Part shown: positions 19,765 to 30,030 of the stretch, piece by piece | Layout of the letters: the number at the start of each line of letters is the position of its first letter | How positions within the stretch are numbered: the stretch's first letter is position 1 | Virus record (IMG/VR): IMGVR_UViG_3300044516_000384 | Span: 1 to 63,896 of that record | Length of the DNA: 63,896 bases | Origin: a virus | Lineage: Duplodnaviria > Caudoviricetes | Direction: 5' to 3' (one strand) | The notes under the pieces: model-generated | Seen by the model: the letters and a program-made list of their open reading frames with translations, nothing else | Told to the model about the DNA's origin: nothing | Databases searched by the model: none | Made by a program: the position numbers and the translations under genes

Positions 19765-21660
19765 CTATTCTCTTCCAAGTAATGAGTCTATAACACCCTG
19801 TAATTCCTTGGTGGCGTCTTTATAATACGTTGTCTTGCGTACCTTTTCTGCTGCGTTTTGTGGAATACCGTTTACGCGTTGTTCAAGTCTTTGCATTGAA
19901 GCTAATTTACTAGTTGGCTGGTATTTAAGTGCGTCATTCAACGCTTTTAGATTAGCTCTAGAAATTACGCCAAGAGCAGTACCAACTTGATCTGGTGTTA
20001 CACCACTAGGTAATGCACCACTAATAATTCCAACTGACTGCAATATAGCTTCTTTGGCGTCTGGCGCAGCAGTAGCGAGTGTTCTTCCAGCCGAGTCAAG
20101 TTGCTCTGATCTACTATAAGCTCTAGCTCGTCCAAGATTGATACCACTTATAGAAACAGAGAGAGCTTCTTTATCTGCATCATTTGTAATATCAACAGCT
20201 CGTGCCGTTCTGTCAAGTGCTTTTTGCTCTGCCTCAAAACGCCTCTTAATGTCATCGCGAACGCCTTCCATAAGAGCCTTAGCAGCTTCATTGGAATCCT
20301 TACCTCGTGATTCTGCACGTGACCTACTAGTCTCGGTTGGATTAAAAATATCTGTAGATCTATTATAGATAGATGTTAATGCTGCTACAGCTTTTTCATC
20401 ATTTGCTAAATAATTTTGTAATAGCGATTCATTTTTTGGGCTAAATAATTGTATCTCTGGTTGATCTAAACCAAGCGCGATTTGAGCCTGATAAGGTGTG
20501 ACCTTATTTGTAGCTGCCCATTCTTTAATAAAGTTAAGAACTTTTGGCAATGCAATCTGCGTAGCTTTTACAGGATTAAATGTGACTTCAGCTGGGATAT
20601 ACGCACCAACCGCTACATCTTTTCCATTGCTTGCGCGATAAACGCCACCAGTTGTATTGTAACGACCCGGTTTAAAATCGTATGCACCGGCCTCATACTC
20701 GTTAATGCCTCTATCTTTTAAACCCTTCCTAAACGCATCTTTATCAGCAGCAGTTAACGTAGTATCTTTTTCAATCTTATACTCTTTGCCAGCAAGAATA
20801 TCAGCTACGCTAATTTTATTTACTGGAGGTTCTACAGGTTTCTGCGCTGCAGGTGCATTTGGATCTGGCATACCAGTTGGTTTTGTGGCTGCATTTGTAT
20901 CTGGTGGTGGCGGAGGTGGTTTTTGTTCACCACCCGGTGCTGGCATACTACCCGGTGCTGGCATACTACCCGGTGTTGGCATACTACCCGGTGCTGGCAT
21001 ACTACCCGGTGCTGGCATGTTAGATACATCAGGCACAGCAGTTGATGTATTAAACCCAACATTACTGGGCAATACTTTATTTGTCCCCGGTGCCTGTACT
21101 CCCGGAGCCTTCATGTCTAATAAGTCTGGTGGCGACCATGGTTTACTGTCATCAAATATATCGCCAAGTCCTTGAGCTGTAGCTTGTTCACCGTAAATCC
21201 CTTTTAAGTCCTCAAGCATCTTTCGTTCATCTTCAATCTCACCGCGTATTAAAGCTTCTGTAGTTGGAGTCAGATTTCTGTCTGCTAATTTTGGAAGCAA
21301 TGCTTGAATTTTCGTACGTGATTTATTTGATACATCAAACCATTGTGCTTTTAAAGCAGTTCGTTCTTTAGGTAATTTACTTTTAAGGTCAATGATAGCA
21401 GCTTGTCGTTGACCTGCTCTGATTGGAGCATTAGAGTTCCATTCTGCAAGTTCACGGTTGTATTGATCTACCTGTCTTTTATCAGCGTCAACGCCACGTT
21501 GATAAGTATCGTCAGCCCGCCTGCCTTCCGACATACGCTGTTCAGACTGTAAACGCTCTTGACTAAATTGCTGTTGTTGTTGTTGCCTTTGACCTTTACC
21601 TTGCTGCAAGGTATCAAGGAAAGACAGTAACCCAGTTACACCACCAGAGTTAATTTTCAT
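19765..21660 (-). CDS. Internal virion/ejection protein with Gln-rich N-terminus and PAPGSM repeats
   Basis: Position and composition typical of podovirus ejection proteins. Confidence 0.55.
   Translation of the reverse strand: MKINSGGVTGLLSFLDTLQQGKGQRQQQQQQFSQERLQSEQRMSEGRRADDTYQRGVDADKRQVDQYNRELAEWNSNAPIRAGQRQAAIIDLKSKLPKERTALKAQWFDVSNKSRTKIQALLPKLADRNLTPTTEALIRGEIEDERKMLEDLKGIYGEQATAQGLGDIFDDSKPWSPPDLLDMKAPGVQAPGTNKVLPSNVGFNTSTAVPDVSNMPAPGSMPAPGSMPTPGSMPAPGSMPAPGGEQKPPPPPPDTNAATKPTGMPDPNAPAAQKPVEPPVNKISVADILAGKEYKIEKDTTLTAADKDAFRKGLKDRGINEYEAGAYDFKPGRYNTTGGVYRASNGKDVAVGAYIPAEVTFNPVKATQIALPKVLNFIKEWAATNKVTPYQAQIALGLDQPEIQLFSPKNESLLQNYLANDEKAVAALTSIYNRSTDIFNPTETSRSRAESRGKDSNEAAKALMEGVRDDIKRRFEAEQKALDRTARAVDITNDADKEALSVSISGINLGRARAYSRSEQLDSAGRTLATAAPDAKEAILQSVGIISGALPSGVTPDQVGTALGVISRANLKALNDALKYQPTSKLASMQRLEQRVNGIPQNAAEKVRKTTYYKDATKELQGVIDSLLGRE
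20932..21018. repeat. 18-bp coding tandem repeat, about 4.8 copies (PAPGSM)
   Basis: ACCCGGTGCTGGCATACT units, one with a C>T change. Confidence 0.95.
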
Positions 21661-21662
21661 TT

Positions 21663-22412
21663 TTATGCTCTTTTCTTGTAGTAATCAATCTCAGCTTGAC
21701 GTACAGCATTTTGCGACTTAAAGTCTCTATCGGCATTCATTTGGTTCAAGTATTGGCCACCAAGATTACCGAACATGCCAGAAATCTGGTCCCTCTTGTT
21801 CTGTAATGCTGCATCACGTTCCATTGCTGCTTGACCCTCTGCTTGATATTGACCAGTAAGGTTATTAATACCAGACTGTGTATCGCCAAAGAATCCACGT
21901 GCAGCATTAGATGCTGATTGATAGCCTTGGTCAGCTAGACCAAGCGCTCTATTCCTACGATCATCAGCACCCATAGCATACTGCACAGCACCTTGTGACA
22001 TTGCTTGGCTGATTGGGTTATTGTAGAAGTTATCGGTCATCATGTTGCCCGTTATTCCACCACCCATATTGAGTGCATTGCCTTGAGCGTTGTAACGACC
22101 TTGAGCTTGAGCTGCATTAGCTGTAATGTTACCCATCTGAGCACCAGCACTTCTAAGCATGGCATTTGTAGCATCGGGATTCATAGCTCCCTCAATAGAA
22201 TTCTGCCTTAAACGTTCTGTTTGATCTTGCGCTTTGTTAGCTAATGAATTATTTTTAAGATAATTTTGTTGAGCCATATTTGTAAGCATTTGATTAGCAC
22301 CACGCTGTCTGCTAATATCTGCTTGATATGGATTGCGCACCTTGCCGAATGCGCCACCTGCCATGTTTCCTAAAAACTGTGATGCTAGACCAATGCCTAA
22401 TTGTGGTGGCAT
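21663..22412 (-). CDS. Small ejection/DNA-pilot-like protein
   Basis: Gly/Ala/Gln/Asn/Met-rich with a hydrophobic Gly-rich N-terminus; first of three ejection-type genes. Confidence 0.55.
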   Translation of the reverse strand: MPPQLGIGLASQFLGNMAGGAFGKVRNPYQADISRQRGANQMLTNMAQQNYLKNNSLANKAQDQTERLRQNSIEGAMNPDATNAMLRSAGAQMGNITANAAQAQGRYNAQGNALNMGGGITGNMMTDNFYNNPISQAMSQGAVQYAMGADDRRNRALGLADQGYQSASNAARGFFGDTQSGINNLTGQYQAEGQAAMERDAALQNKRDQISGMFGNLGGQYLNQMNADRDFKSQNAVRQAEIDYYKKRA

Positions 22413-22424
22413 AATGCGTTCCTC

Positions 22425-22859
22425 CTACTGTAGTACAAACCAAATACCAGTTCCTGTAGTTGATGTCTGTGCGACAACTGTGATTGTCTCATACTGTGCT
22501 ACTGGCCACGCTTTAGCTGCTGGCTTAACAACAACATCTCCAGACAATGCGGCAAGTGAAACTTGATTTGCAGTACTGTCAATCTTTATTATATGGATAA
22601 ATTGTCCCTTAGCATAGTATGCCGATGGCAAAGTAATAACTACAGCTGCAGTAGTGGCATCTGCTTGAATAATTAATTGACCAGTATCAGCTTGTCCAGA
22701 TGCGGTAACCGTCATTGGAGTAAAGTTAGCAGGTGTATATGCCTGTGAAAAATTACCAGCAGTCTGTACGTTTTGCGTAACAACTTTGCTTTTACCGGGA
22801 CCAACTGACCCGTTTGTCATTGCGCTATCTGGCGTTGTAAGTCCACCAATAATTGGCAT
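22425..22859 (-). CDS. Virion structural protein (fibre-like small beta domain)
   Basis: ADATTAAVVITLPSA...G....IIKIDSTANQV motif seen in phage fibres. Confidence 0.55.
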   Translation of the reverse strand: MPIIGGLTTPDSAMTNGSVGPGKSKVVTQNVQTAGNFSQAYTPANFTPMTVTASGQADTGQLIIQADATTAAVVITLPSAYYAKGQFIHIIKIDSTANQVSLAALSGDVVVKPAAKAWPVAQYETITVVAQTSTTGTGIWFVLQ

Positions 22860-25800
22860 TAACTTCTCCTAACTGAACTTTCAGTTGATTGTATAGATGC
22901 TGCATGAATTTCTAATCGTGATTGAACAGACCCTGTTAATTGTAACTGCAGCCAAGATCCACGCAGGTCAACAGGTAATTGCCTTAGTGCAATTGCCTTA
23001 TCTTCATTTACTGCAGTTGTATAGGTTTTACTATATCCAGTGGAGTTTCTGTTAGATGTTACATTCCACGTAATAGTCGTTGACACTGGACTAAAATAAT
23101 GTATGTTGCATTGATGCGGCCTATTAATACCATAGTAGGCTACTCCTTCAGCATATGTTTGTCCGTACTGTCTCGTAAGTAACTTCCATGCAATATTAAT
23201 ATTTGCACCGCTATATGTGGGCCTATCTGCAAATCCTTCTAATCTAAATACCTGTCCATTACTCCCACCAATATACATATCTGCAACATCATTAGTTGAC
23301 GTACAACTTACCGCAGACGTAGCAAATGTTTGCACTGAAGAGAAGATAGGTAAATTCCATTTAACCCATCCTGTAGTCCGTGAATCCCAAACATAGCACA
23401 CTGAATTTGATGTTGATGTAGTTGCTCCTGCAACAGGCGCAAATGCATACAGCCTACGCTCGTGTGTTACTAATATGATTCCAGAATATGCTACTGCTCC
23501 AATATATGATGCAGATCCAGTAGGGCCAAAATCAGACGACCTTGGATTTAATACACCCTCTAATGGAAGGCTGACAGGCTCAATGGTTGTTCCCGCCATT
23601 GTGCTTATACCAGAACTAGTTACATAAAGCGGTTTACCAATTACAGATGCAATTCCTTTTGGCGCAAGTAAACCCGCTCCGGGTTCTCTTACAAATTGTT
23701 GTGCCTGAAATGTTGTTGGGTCAAAACCCATAATTGGCACAATGCTGTTTTCTCTGAATGCAATAAGAACAGCTGACGTGTCTCCACCAGCAGCAACAAC
23801 TCCATCTCCAGCATATGACAATAGGTTGACTATTTTCTCTTTGTCGTCCTGTGAGCCAATAGTCATCAATGCGCCTTTAATGGCTAAAAACGGATCTTGT
23901 ACATTTGGAATATTAGTAGTGTATACACCGTATTCGTTATCTTTATTTAATGGCCAAGAGGCGTAAAGGGCATTGTCTTTACTAACAAACAAGCGTTGCT
24001 TGTGAGATGCTATTGAACTTAATCCAGTTGGTAGTTGATCATTACCTGAATGATAAAAATCACCTTGTCTACCGATGTTTGTGCTGTATAGGATATTCGT
24101 ATCCTTTACGTCATCATAGATAGTATATGTACCTACGTTACTGGCCCAACTAACATCAAATGTAAGACCGTCAGCAGCCACTAATGCTGGAGAGGCTGCA
24201 GCATAATCAAATACCTGCGCAGCTTGATTAGTATAACTACTAGCCGTCCCAAGGTTAATTGGTATCATCCCTATTAGTCGAGGCATGCCATCTGTAAAAA
24301 TTGTGTCACATCTTCTATAGATAAGGAGATAATCATAATTGTAATCAGTTGTACTATTGCGTAATCCAGTTTCAGTAAACGTAATACGTCCACGGCTATA
24401 CGCTACGGATGATTCAATTTGCTGGCTAAAATCCGATGACGTTGTTTCAATGCCCTCGCCCGGAGGAGCTGTGATTGCGTACGCTGATGTTGCTCTCCAT
24501 GCTACAGGAGCTGCTTTCCATCGAGTAAATATGTACTTGTATTGATTATCAGGAAGTAACCCTCCTTGCCTAACAACATCGCCAAGTCCAATTAATACAG
24601 AACTATTTGATACGTCCTCAATATCCTCATCAAAACGTAAATATAACGCAGTCACAGCATCTCTGACTGTAGCAGGAATAGGAAATAATTGAAACTCTAG
24701 AAACCGACTCTGCGCATTATATATGGCTTGCCCTGTCCAGTTAATTGCTCCAGATGATTCCTGTATGCCTAAACTAATCGGTAATCCGTTCGTTCGTATA
24801 TTAGGATGCAATTCTGCGCGTATGCCAAGTGCCCTGTCAGATGACATATCAAATGTTGCACCCAATGATAATTTAATAAGCCTATTTTGTACATATCCGC
24901 CATACATGCCAGTAATGTTACTGTTAACTTGAACTGCACTTACTGTAGCAAGTCCTAAATCTGTTGTAACAGCATTATCGTTTGCGCTTGATAAAAGGCT
25001 ATACATGTAAACGCCATCAATCAATATTCCGGGATCATCAAATCTTTCCCAACCACCGTTAGATAACGAAACCTGTAATGAAACTAATGTAGATTCAAAC
25101 TCCCTAAAATCAACGACATACTCAAATAAAATCCAGTCAGCTGTAGTTTGTTTTGGTGCTGCATCTGCAACTGCGCTAAAAACTGCTCCATTAATAAGAT
25201 TCCCTAATCCCGGAACAGATCCGCTATATCCTTTAACTATGACATTAATATATTGCCCATTAAAAGGTTTAGCGTCATCGTAATTCATTAAGTAAAAAGA
25301 AAGTTTAAATAGTCCATTTACTTTAGCTGTACTACCATTTTGTGTGTATGTTGGAAGACCTGTAATATCTTGAACAATATAGTCCTGTGGTTGGTCAATA
25401 TGAACTAAACGTCCACTGGTTCTACCATCAGCCCCTTTAGATACAGTGCCTTTTTTGCCTGTCCAAGGAATAGGTTTTAAGAGAACGTCATTACCGCTGC
25501 CGGTTCCAATAGACGGCTGACCAGCGGTGACATTCCAGTTTGCACATGTTGATGTTCCAAATGTAGCAAATATTGGATTAAGTACTCTATTGTCAGATGG
25601 CGACGCTGATACAAATGTTGCGTTAGCAGCAGAGTCAGCATATGTTCCAGACGTGTATTGTTTTAAGTTCTTAGTAATACCAACAGCATTTGGCCTTGTA
25701 GATGTTGGCCCAGCTACGACTGGCATAGATGCACCTATAGTTCCATTAGTCCTAAATGTACTAAATGTAGAACCAGATCCACCTACTCCATATATGTAAC

Positions 25801-26188
25801 GACCGTATTGAGTCATCCGTACATCTTTCCCCAGCGAGGGGAAAACAAACGATGCGCCAGTAGTTTGATCCGTAATTTCTGTTTCTACTGCAGGTGTTAC
25901 CGATGGATCTGTAGTAAATAGTTTTCCGTTTTTAGCGTAAATTAATTTACTTACGCCACTAGTACCTTTTAATGATGTTAGTTCATATACTGGATTAGCA
26001 TTAAACGTATTGCAAATACCTTTAAACCCATTGCGCACAACAAGTGAATTGCCATCAATCATCATGTTTTCTATATTTTGTGCATATCCATCTTTTAACT
26101 TATTAGGCTGTATTCGTGTGTCCATACCTATAAAGTTAATGTCACCAAGTACGTATGACTGCTGATTGTTTACTGCTCGTATAGCCAT
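22859..26188 (-). CDS. Tail nozzle / tail tubular protein B-like
   Basis: N-terminal F.G.DT..PN.L...AQ..ENM...G.L..R.G pattern; beta-propeller-like composition; position. Confidence 0.7.
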   Translation of the reverse strand: MAIRAVNNQQSYVLGDINFIGMDTRIQPNKLKDGYAQNIENMMIDGNSLVVRNGFKGICNTFNANPVYELTSLKGTSGVSKLIYAKNGKLFTTDPSVTPAVETEITDQTTGASFVFPSLGKDVRMTQYGRYIYGVGGSGSTFSTFRTNGTIGASMPVVAGPTSTRPNAVGITKNLKQYTSGTYADSAANATFVSASPSDNRVLNPIFATFGTSTCANWNVTAGQPSIGTGSGNDVLLKPIPWTGKKGTVSKGADGRTSGRLVHIDQPQDYIVQDITGLPTYTQNGSTAKVNGLFKLSFYLMNYDDAKPFNGQYINVIVKGYSGSVPGLGNLINGAVFSAVADAAPKQTTADWILFEYVVDFREFESTLVSLQVSLSNGGWERFDDPGILIDGVYMYSLLSSANDNAVTTDLGLATVSAVQVNSNITGMYGGYVQNRLIKLSLGATFDMSSDRALGIRAELHPNIRTNGLPISLGIQESSGAINWTGQAIYNAQSRFLEFQLFPIPATVRDAVTALYLRFDEDIEDVSNSSVLIGLGDVVRQGGLLPDNQYKYIFTRWKAAPVAWRATSAYAITAPPGEGIETTSSDFSQQIESSVAYSRGRITFTETGLRNSTTDYNYDYLLIYRRCDTIFTDGMPRLIGMIPINLGTASSYTNQAAQVFDYAAASPALVAADGLTFDVSWASNVGTYTIYDDVKDTNILYSTNIGRQGDFYHSGNDQLPTGLSSIASHKQRLFVSKDNALYASWPLNKDNEYGVYTTNIPNVQDPFLAIKGALMTIGSQDDKEKIVNLLSYAGDGVVAAGGDTSAVLIAFRENSIVPIMGFDPTTFQAQQFVREPGAGLLAPKGIASVIGKPLYVTSSGISTMAGTTIEPVSLPLEGVLNPRSSDFGPTGSASYIGAVAYSGIILVTHERRLYAFAPVAGATTSTSNSVCYVWDSRTTGWVKWNLPIFSSVQTFATSAVSCTSTNDVADMYIGGSNGQVFRLEGFADRPTYSGANINIAWKLLTRQYGQTYAEGVAYYGINRPHQCNIHYFSPVSTTITWNVTSNRNSTGYSKTYTTAVNEDKAIALRQLPVDLRGSWLQLQLTGSVQSRLEIHAASIQSTESSVRRS

Positions 26189-27186
26189 TACAAACACCCC
26201 TTACGAGTAAATTGTTTACTCAGTGTTCCGTCTCTAGTCACTGTACATACAGTAGAATCATCGCGATAATATCCACGACTAGCTATTAATCTACTAATTG
26301 AATACATCCTAAATATTGGCAAAGTATACGGTAAAACAGATTCTCGTCCGTCTGATACTGTGCAATTTATGTTGTTGCCACGATGATATTCACTACCAGA
26401 TATTACTTCACTAAGATCGTACATTCTAAAAATCGGCAAAGTAAATGGTAAATCCGCGTGACCATCTAAACACTGAACTTGATTGATCAACCAACTAGAA
26501 GATAGTGTTGGTGGAACACGCCACGGTGGGCATTCACATAAATCAGCATATATTGCAGTCGCTGTAAAAGATGCATTCCCAGTCATACTGACTGAAGATG
26601 GAGGGATAGGTCCACCAGTAACAATACTTGAAACTACCGTACTGGCAAATGCACTTAATGTTGAAGACGATGTATATGTTGGAGTAGAACTTACATTTGC
26701 TCTTGCTAGAATAGATCCATTTATAGTCCAATTAGCAACAGATGATGTAGACGCAAATGCAGATAACGTACTATTGGCAACACGCTGCGGAATAGATGAA
26801 AGAGTTGCAAAACCAGATAACGTAGAACTTGCCGGTCTGGTTGCGTTAGATGTAAATGAGGCAAATCCAGTAACTAAAGTACCAACACTAATTATAGGTA
26901 TTATTGAAACTCTAGCAGAAGCCGACATCACAGAAGCTGATGTGCCTTGCGTAGAGGTGACTAACGTAGCAAATGCAGATAACGTGCTAGATGCTGGCCT
27001 TGTAACGTTAGCCGTTACAGTTGCTTTTGCTGATTGCGTACTGCTGACTGATATTGTAGGCGTTGAAGATAGGGTAGCGAAAGCACTAAGGCTTGCTGAT
27101 TGATTACCACCGGGAGCAGGTGGTGCAGCAAGCCTTGCGGCTAAAAATACCGCTGTTATATAACCAGCGCCAAGTGGTATTGCCAT
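26188..27186 (-). CDS. Ser/Thr/Ala-rich repeat virion protein
   Basis: Repeated ASSTLSAFATL-like units and a duplicated LP(F/Y)TLPIFRMY. Confidence 0.55.
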   Translation of the reverse strand: MAIPLGAGYITAVFLAARLAAPPAPGGNQSASLSAFATLSSTPTISVSSTQSAKATVTANVTRPASSTLSAFATLVTSTQGTSASVMSASARVSIIPIISVGTLVTGFASFTSNATRPASSTLSGFATLSSIPQRVANSTLSAFASTSSVANWTINGSILARANVSSTPTYTSSSTLSAFASTVVSSIVTGGPIPPSSVSMTGNASFTATAIYADLCECPPWRVPPTLSSSWLINQVQCLDGHADLPFTLPIFRMYDLSEVISGSEYHRGNNINCTVSDGRESVLPYTLPIFRMYSISRLIASRGYYRDDSTVCTVTRDGTLSKQFTRKGCL

Positions 27187-27674
27187 TAGTCTAAGGTAAT
27201 ACTAATGCCTGTATTATTTGGAAACGTAATTGTTTGACCACTGCCAAGAGTAACTGACCCACCTGTGATGTCACCGTAAAATAAAATACTAGTATCTGTA
27301 GTGGCAGTAGCACTAATAGTTGCTGATGTGCAAATGGCAATTCCTGTAATAGTAATCGCACCAGAAGCAGTAAAAGATACGGCTGGTATATTTGTTAATG
27401 GACCCGGAGTTGCTGTGCTTGCTGCAGTATTAACACCACCAACTCCAAAGACGGCAGCTGGTGATGTGCCAATCGCTATTCGTGCACTATAACCGCCCGT
27501 GCCTGATGCAATTTCAGCCAAAGCAGCATCAGATGTGATGTTTGACATCAATGCTAAATACAACTGAGTTCCCGTAGTTCCATTTCCACCAAAAGGACCA
27601 AATGAAGTATTGCGCAATAAATGATTAATTACTGCTGCTTCTGTTGCGTTTGTAAACGCTGTTGTTGTTGCCAT
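27186..27674 (-). CDS. Phage tail fibre-associated protein
   Basis: E....NHLL...YLAL...E..G.GGY.R...LFYG.......G.TI.F....I.ITLD pattern. Confidence 0.6.
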   Translation of the reverse strand: MATTTAFTNATEAAVINHLLRNTSFGPFGGNGTTGTQLYLALMSNITSDAALAEIASGTGGYSARIAIGTSPAAVFGVGGVNTAASTATPGPLTNIPAVSFTASGAITITGIAICTSATISATATTDTSILFYGDITGGSVTLGSGQTITFPNNTGISITLD

Positions 27675-27676
27675 GA

Positions 27677-28672
27677 CTATGTTCCTACCTTTACAATTGG
27701 ATCCGCAGTAACGCTGGTTGTAATTGGTTGTGACCAAATTATTGTAGTGTCAGCTTCATTGTACACATCAACTTGTGTGCCACCTGACGCATCTACCTTG
27801 TTTCGTAAAATGCGTAACGCATTACGAACTGTACGCCCACTGGATGTAGTGGACACTTCATTTCCAGAACTATCAAGATTACGTTTAAGAATAGCATCAG
27901 CTATTTCTTCAGCCGCATCAGTGGCAAGTGCATTTGCATTAATAGCACCTGCTGCAAAGTCAGCAGCAACAATAACTCCCGCTTGCATTTCATGCACGTC
28001 CGCAGCTATGTGGTTTGAACCTGTTATAAACACTTCAGTCGATGGCGATGTAGACCTTGCCCTGACAATCCTTGCACCAAAGGAGTTTGCCGTCGTGTAC
28101 GAAGCAAGCAATGCATTCCATACAGCAGCTGCAGTCCCGGCAGCATCCAGTGGAGCTGTAGTAAGAGAATAGCCAGTCTTGTCGTTGTTGGTTGCAACCG
28201 TGACCTGCCCAGTAGCATTACCTGTTGAGATAGAACCCGTAGTACCCTGCGCTACGTTAGGTATAGCTGTAAGACCAAGACGTACACCATCATCAGGGTT
28301 GAATCCTACGATCTGATATTCAAGAACTACAGGAGCCATGTTGGTCGCACCCTTGAGCATTACAACAGATTTGTCACCTGTGGCAAATACTACGTTTGGC
28401 ACATCATATCTATACACGCCCGGCATTAATGCTGCGTCAACTTCAACAAATCCACCTGTAGTCCAAGCAGCACTAGCACTAGCTAGTAATGCAAATGCCA
28501 TCGATGATGCAGTACCGCGCTCTACTACATGAGCCGCAGTCAATCCAGCAGATAAGTAAGTAAGACCAGTTAACCCTGCTCCCGTAGTACTGGAAGAATT
28601 CTGAATGAAGATGTATTCACTACGGCTAGTATTACCAAGTTGTACAAGTTGTTTAGCCACGTATACCTCCAC
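27677..28672 (-). CDS. Virion fibre/appendage protein, paralogous to the C-terminal part of 30031-31674
   Basis: Shares GGF.EVDA..MPGVYR.D.P and RTVR.ALR.LRNKV motifs. Confidence 0.55.
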   Translation of the reverse strand: MEVYVAKQLVQLGNTSRSEYIFIQNSSSTTGAGLTGLTYLSAGLTAAHVVERGTASSMAFALLASASAAWTTGGFVEVDAALMPGVYRYDVPNVVFATGDKSVVMLKGATNMAPVVLEYQIVGFNPDDGVRLGLTAIPNVAQGTTGSISTGNATGQVTVATNNDKTGYSLTTAPLDAAGTAAAVWNALLASYTTANSFGARIVRARSTSPSTEVFITGSNHIAADVHEMQAGVIVAADFAAGAINANALATDAAEEIADAILKRNLDSSGNEVSTTSSGRTVRNALRILRNKVDASGGTQVDVYNEADTTIIWSQPITTSVTADPIVKVGT

Positions 28673-29771
28673 TCATTCCGGGATGGACAACCATTCCGCC
28701 ACCACTAGCACTTGCCGTAGCAGCACTAATAATCAACTTCCAAGCTGGAACCAATGTATCTGTATCAGTCCACGCTCCAGCGTTAACTCGCTCTGTCTTA
28801 TGATATGTACCGCCACCTGTAAACGCTCTAACAACAGTATTGTTTGGGAAGTTTACGTACAACATAGTTGTAAATCCTAAAGACGTAGCAGTTGCTTCTA
28901 TAGCGATTCTATATGTACTTCCCGGTGTCAAATTCTCTAATGTTGTCGTGTCGAACATTAACGTGCGCTGTAGATTTGCAGCTGTGCCAGCATACAACTC
29001 CGTTGAAGTGAATGACTTGCTTTGCAATAAAGTACTTGAACTGTCATACAGTTTTAAAGTTCCTGTTGCCGCACTGTTAGTAACGCCTAATATGCCTTGA
29101 ATCCCCAAAATGTTGTAGTTGGTTGTCCACGATGACTCCAGACTAAACTTGACTCCGATTTCGTCTGGTGATGAAGTACTGTTATATGACGCCTGACTAG
29201 TAGGCGTAACCTGTGGATTACCGTATGTTGCAGTACTTGATTCGCAATACATATTGGCGTGAGGTTGAGTAGCGTTATGGTTACTAGCAGCACCAGAGAC
29301 AATCGCCTTCACGGTAGGAAACGCTGTTATGTACTGACCAGCACCAGCATACGTAGTTGTAAACTGCAAGTTGTTTGACGCATCCCAAGTCCCAGATTGT
29401 GCATATACAACAATGGCATACAACTGCCCTCTAGTTACTGACGCAGTTCCATTTGCTGTTATGTCTAGGTTTACGCCACTGAAGTTAGGGAAGTTAGTAG
29501 CATTGGCTGTGTAATCTGTATATCCAAGCCACGTCCCACTTGGGTCACCGCTTGTGTTTACTGACTGTATTCCAACACGACACGTACCCGGTGTAGCATT
29601 TGTTCCACGAACATCGTGATAAAAACCAACTTTGGTAATCGTATCCGCTGTTTCAGCTTGCCTAATACACGCTACATAATCACCCGTGGCTTGTATCTTT
29701 TTACTATTAGTGCCAGTGGTAGTCGTTGGTTGCGGCAAAAACCAAGGATGGATAAAGTCTACTCTAGCCAC
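28653..29771 (-). CDS. Beta-rich virion protein with two similar jelly-roll-like halves
   Basis: Thr/Ser/Ala-rich; RGQLYAIVV and TPGSTYRIAI resemble each other; tail module context. Confidence 0.5.
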   Translation of the reverse strand: MARVDFIHPWFLPQPTTTTGTNSKKIQATGDYVACIRQAETADTITKVGFYHDVRGTNATPGTCRVGIQSVNTSGDPSGTWLGYTDYTANATNFPNFSGVNLDITANGTASVTRGQLYAIVVYAQSGTWDASNNLQFTTTYAGAGQYITAFPTVKAIVSGAASNHNATQPHANMYCESSTATYGNPQVTPTSQASYNSTSSPDEIGVKFSLESSWTTNYNILGIQGILGVTNSAATGTLKLYDSSSTLLQSKSFTSTELYAGTAANLQRTLMFDTTTLENLTPGSTYRIAIEATATSLGFTTMLYVNFPNNTVVRAFTGGGTYHKTERVNAGAWTDTDTLVPAWKLIISAATASASGGGMVVHPGMSGGIRG

Positions 29772-30021
29772 TTTTTTCTATCCACGCACCGTTAGGTGCA
29801 CTTGTATCAAATATCGCTTCTCCACCAGTTACAGCAGTCACAAGATACTCTTGCACCAACAATGAGCGCATCAAAGCCATTGGGTAGTTTGTCTGGCATT
29901 GATAAATCTCATCATGCCATTGCTGATCCGTAAGCGTAATAACTTGACCATTGTTGAACTCAATAGCCAATGCTCCATCTTCAGTAGTTGTTGCGCCTGT
30001 AATCTGTAATGTGCTTCGCAT
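29764..30021 (-). CDS. Hypothetical tail-module protein
   Basis: 85-aa ORF packed in the operon. Confidence 0.6.
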   Translation of the reverse strand: MRSTLQITGATTTEDGALAIEFNNGQVITLTDQQWHDEIYQCQTNYPMALMRSLLVQEYLVTAVTGGEAIFDTSAPNGAWIEKSG

Positions 30022-30030
30022 GTGCTTACC

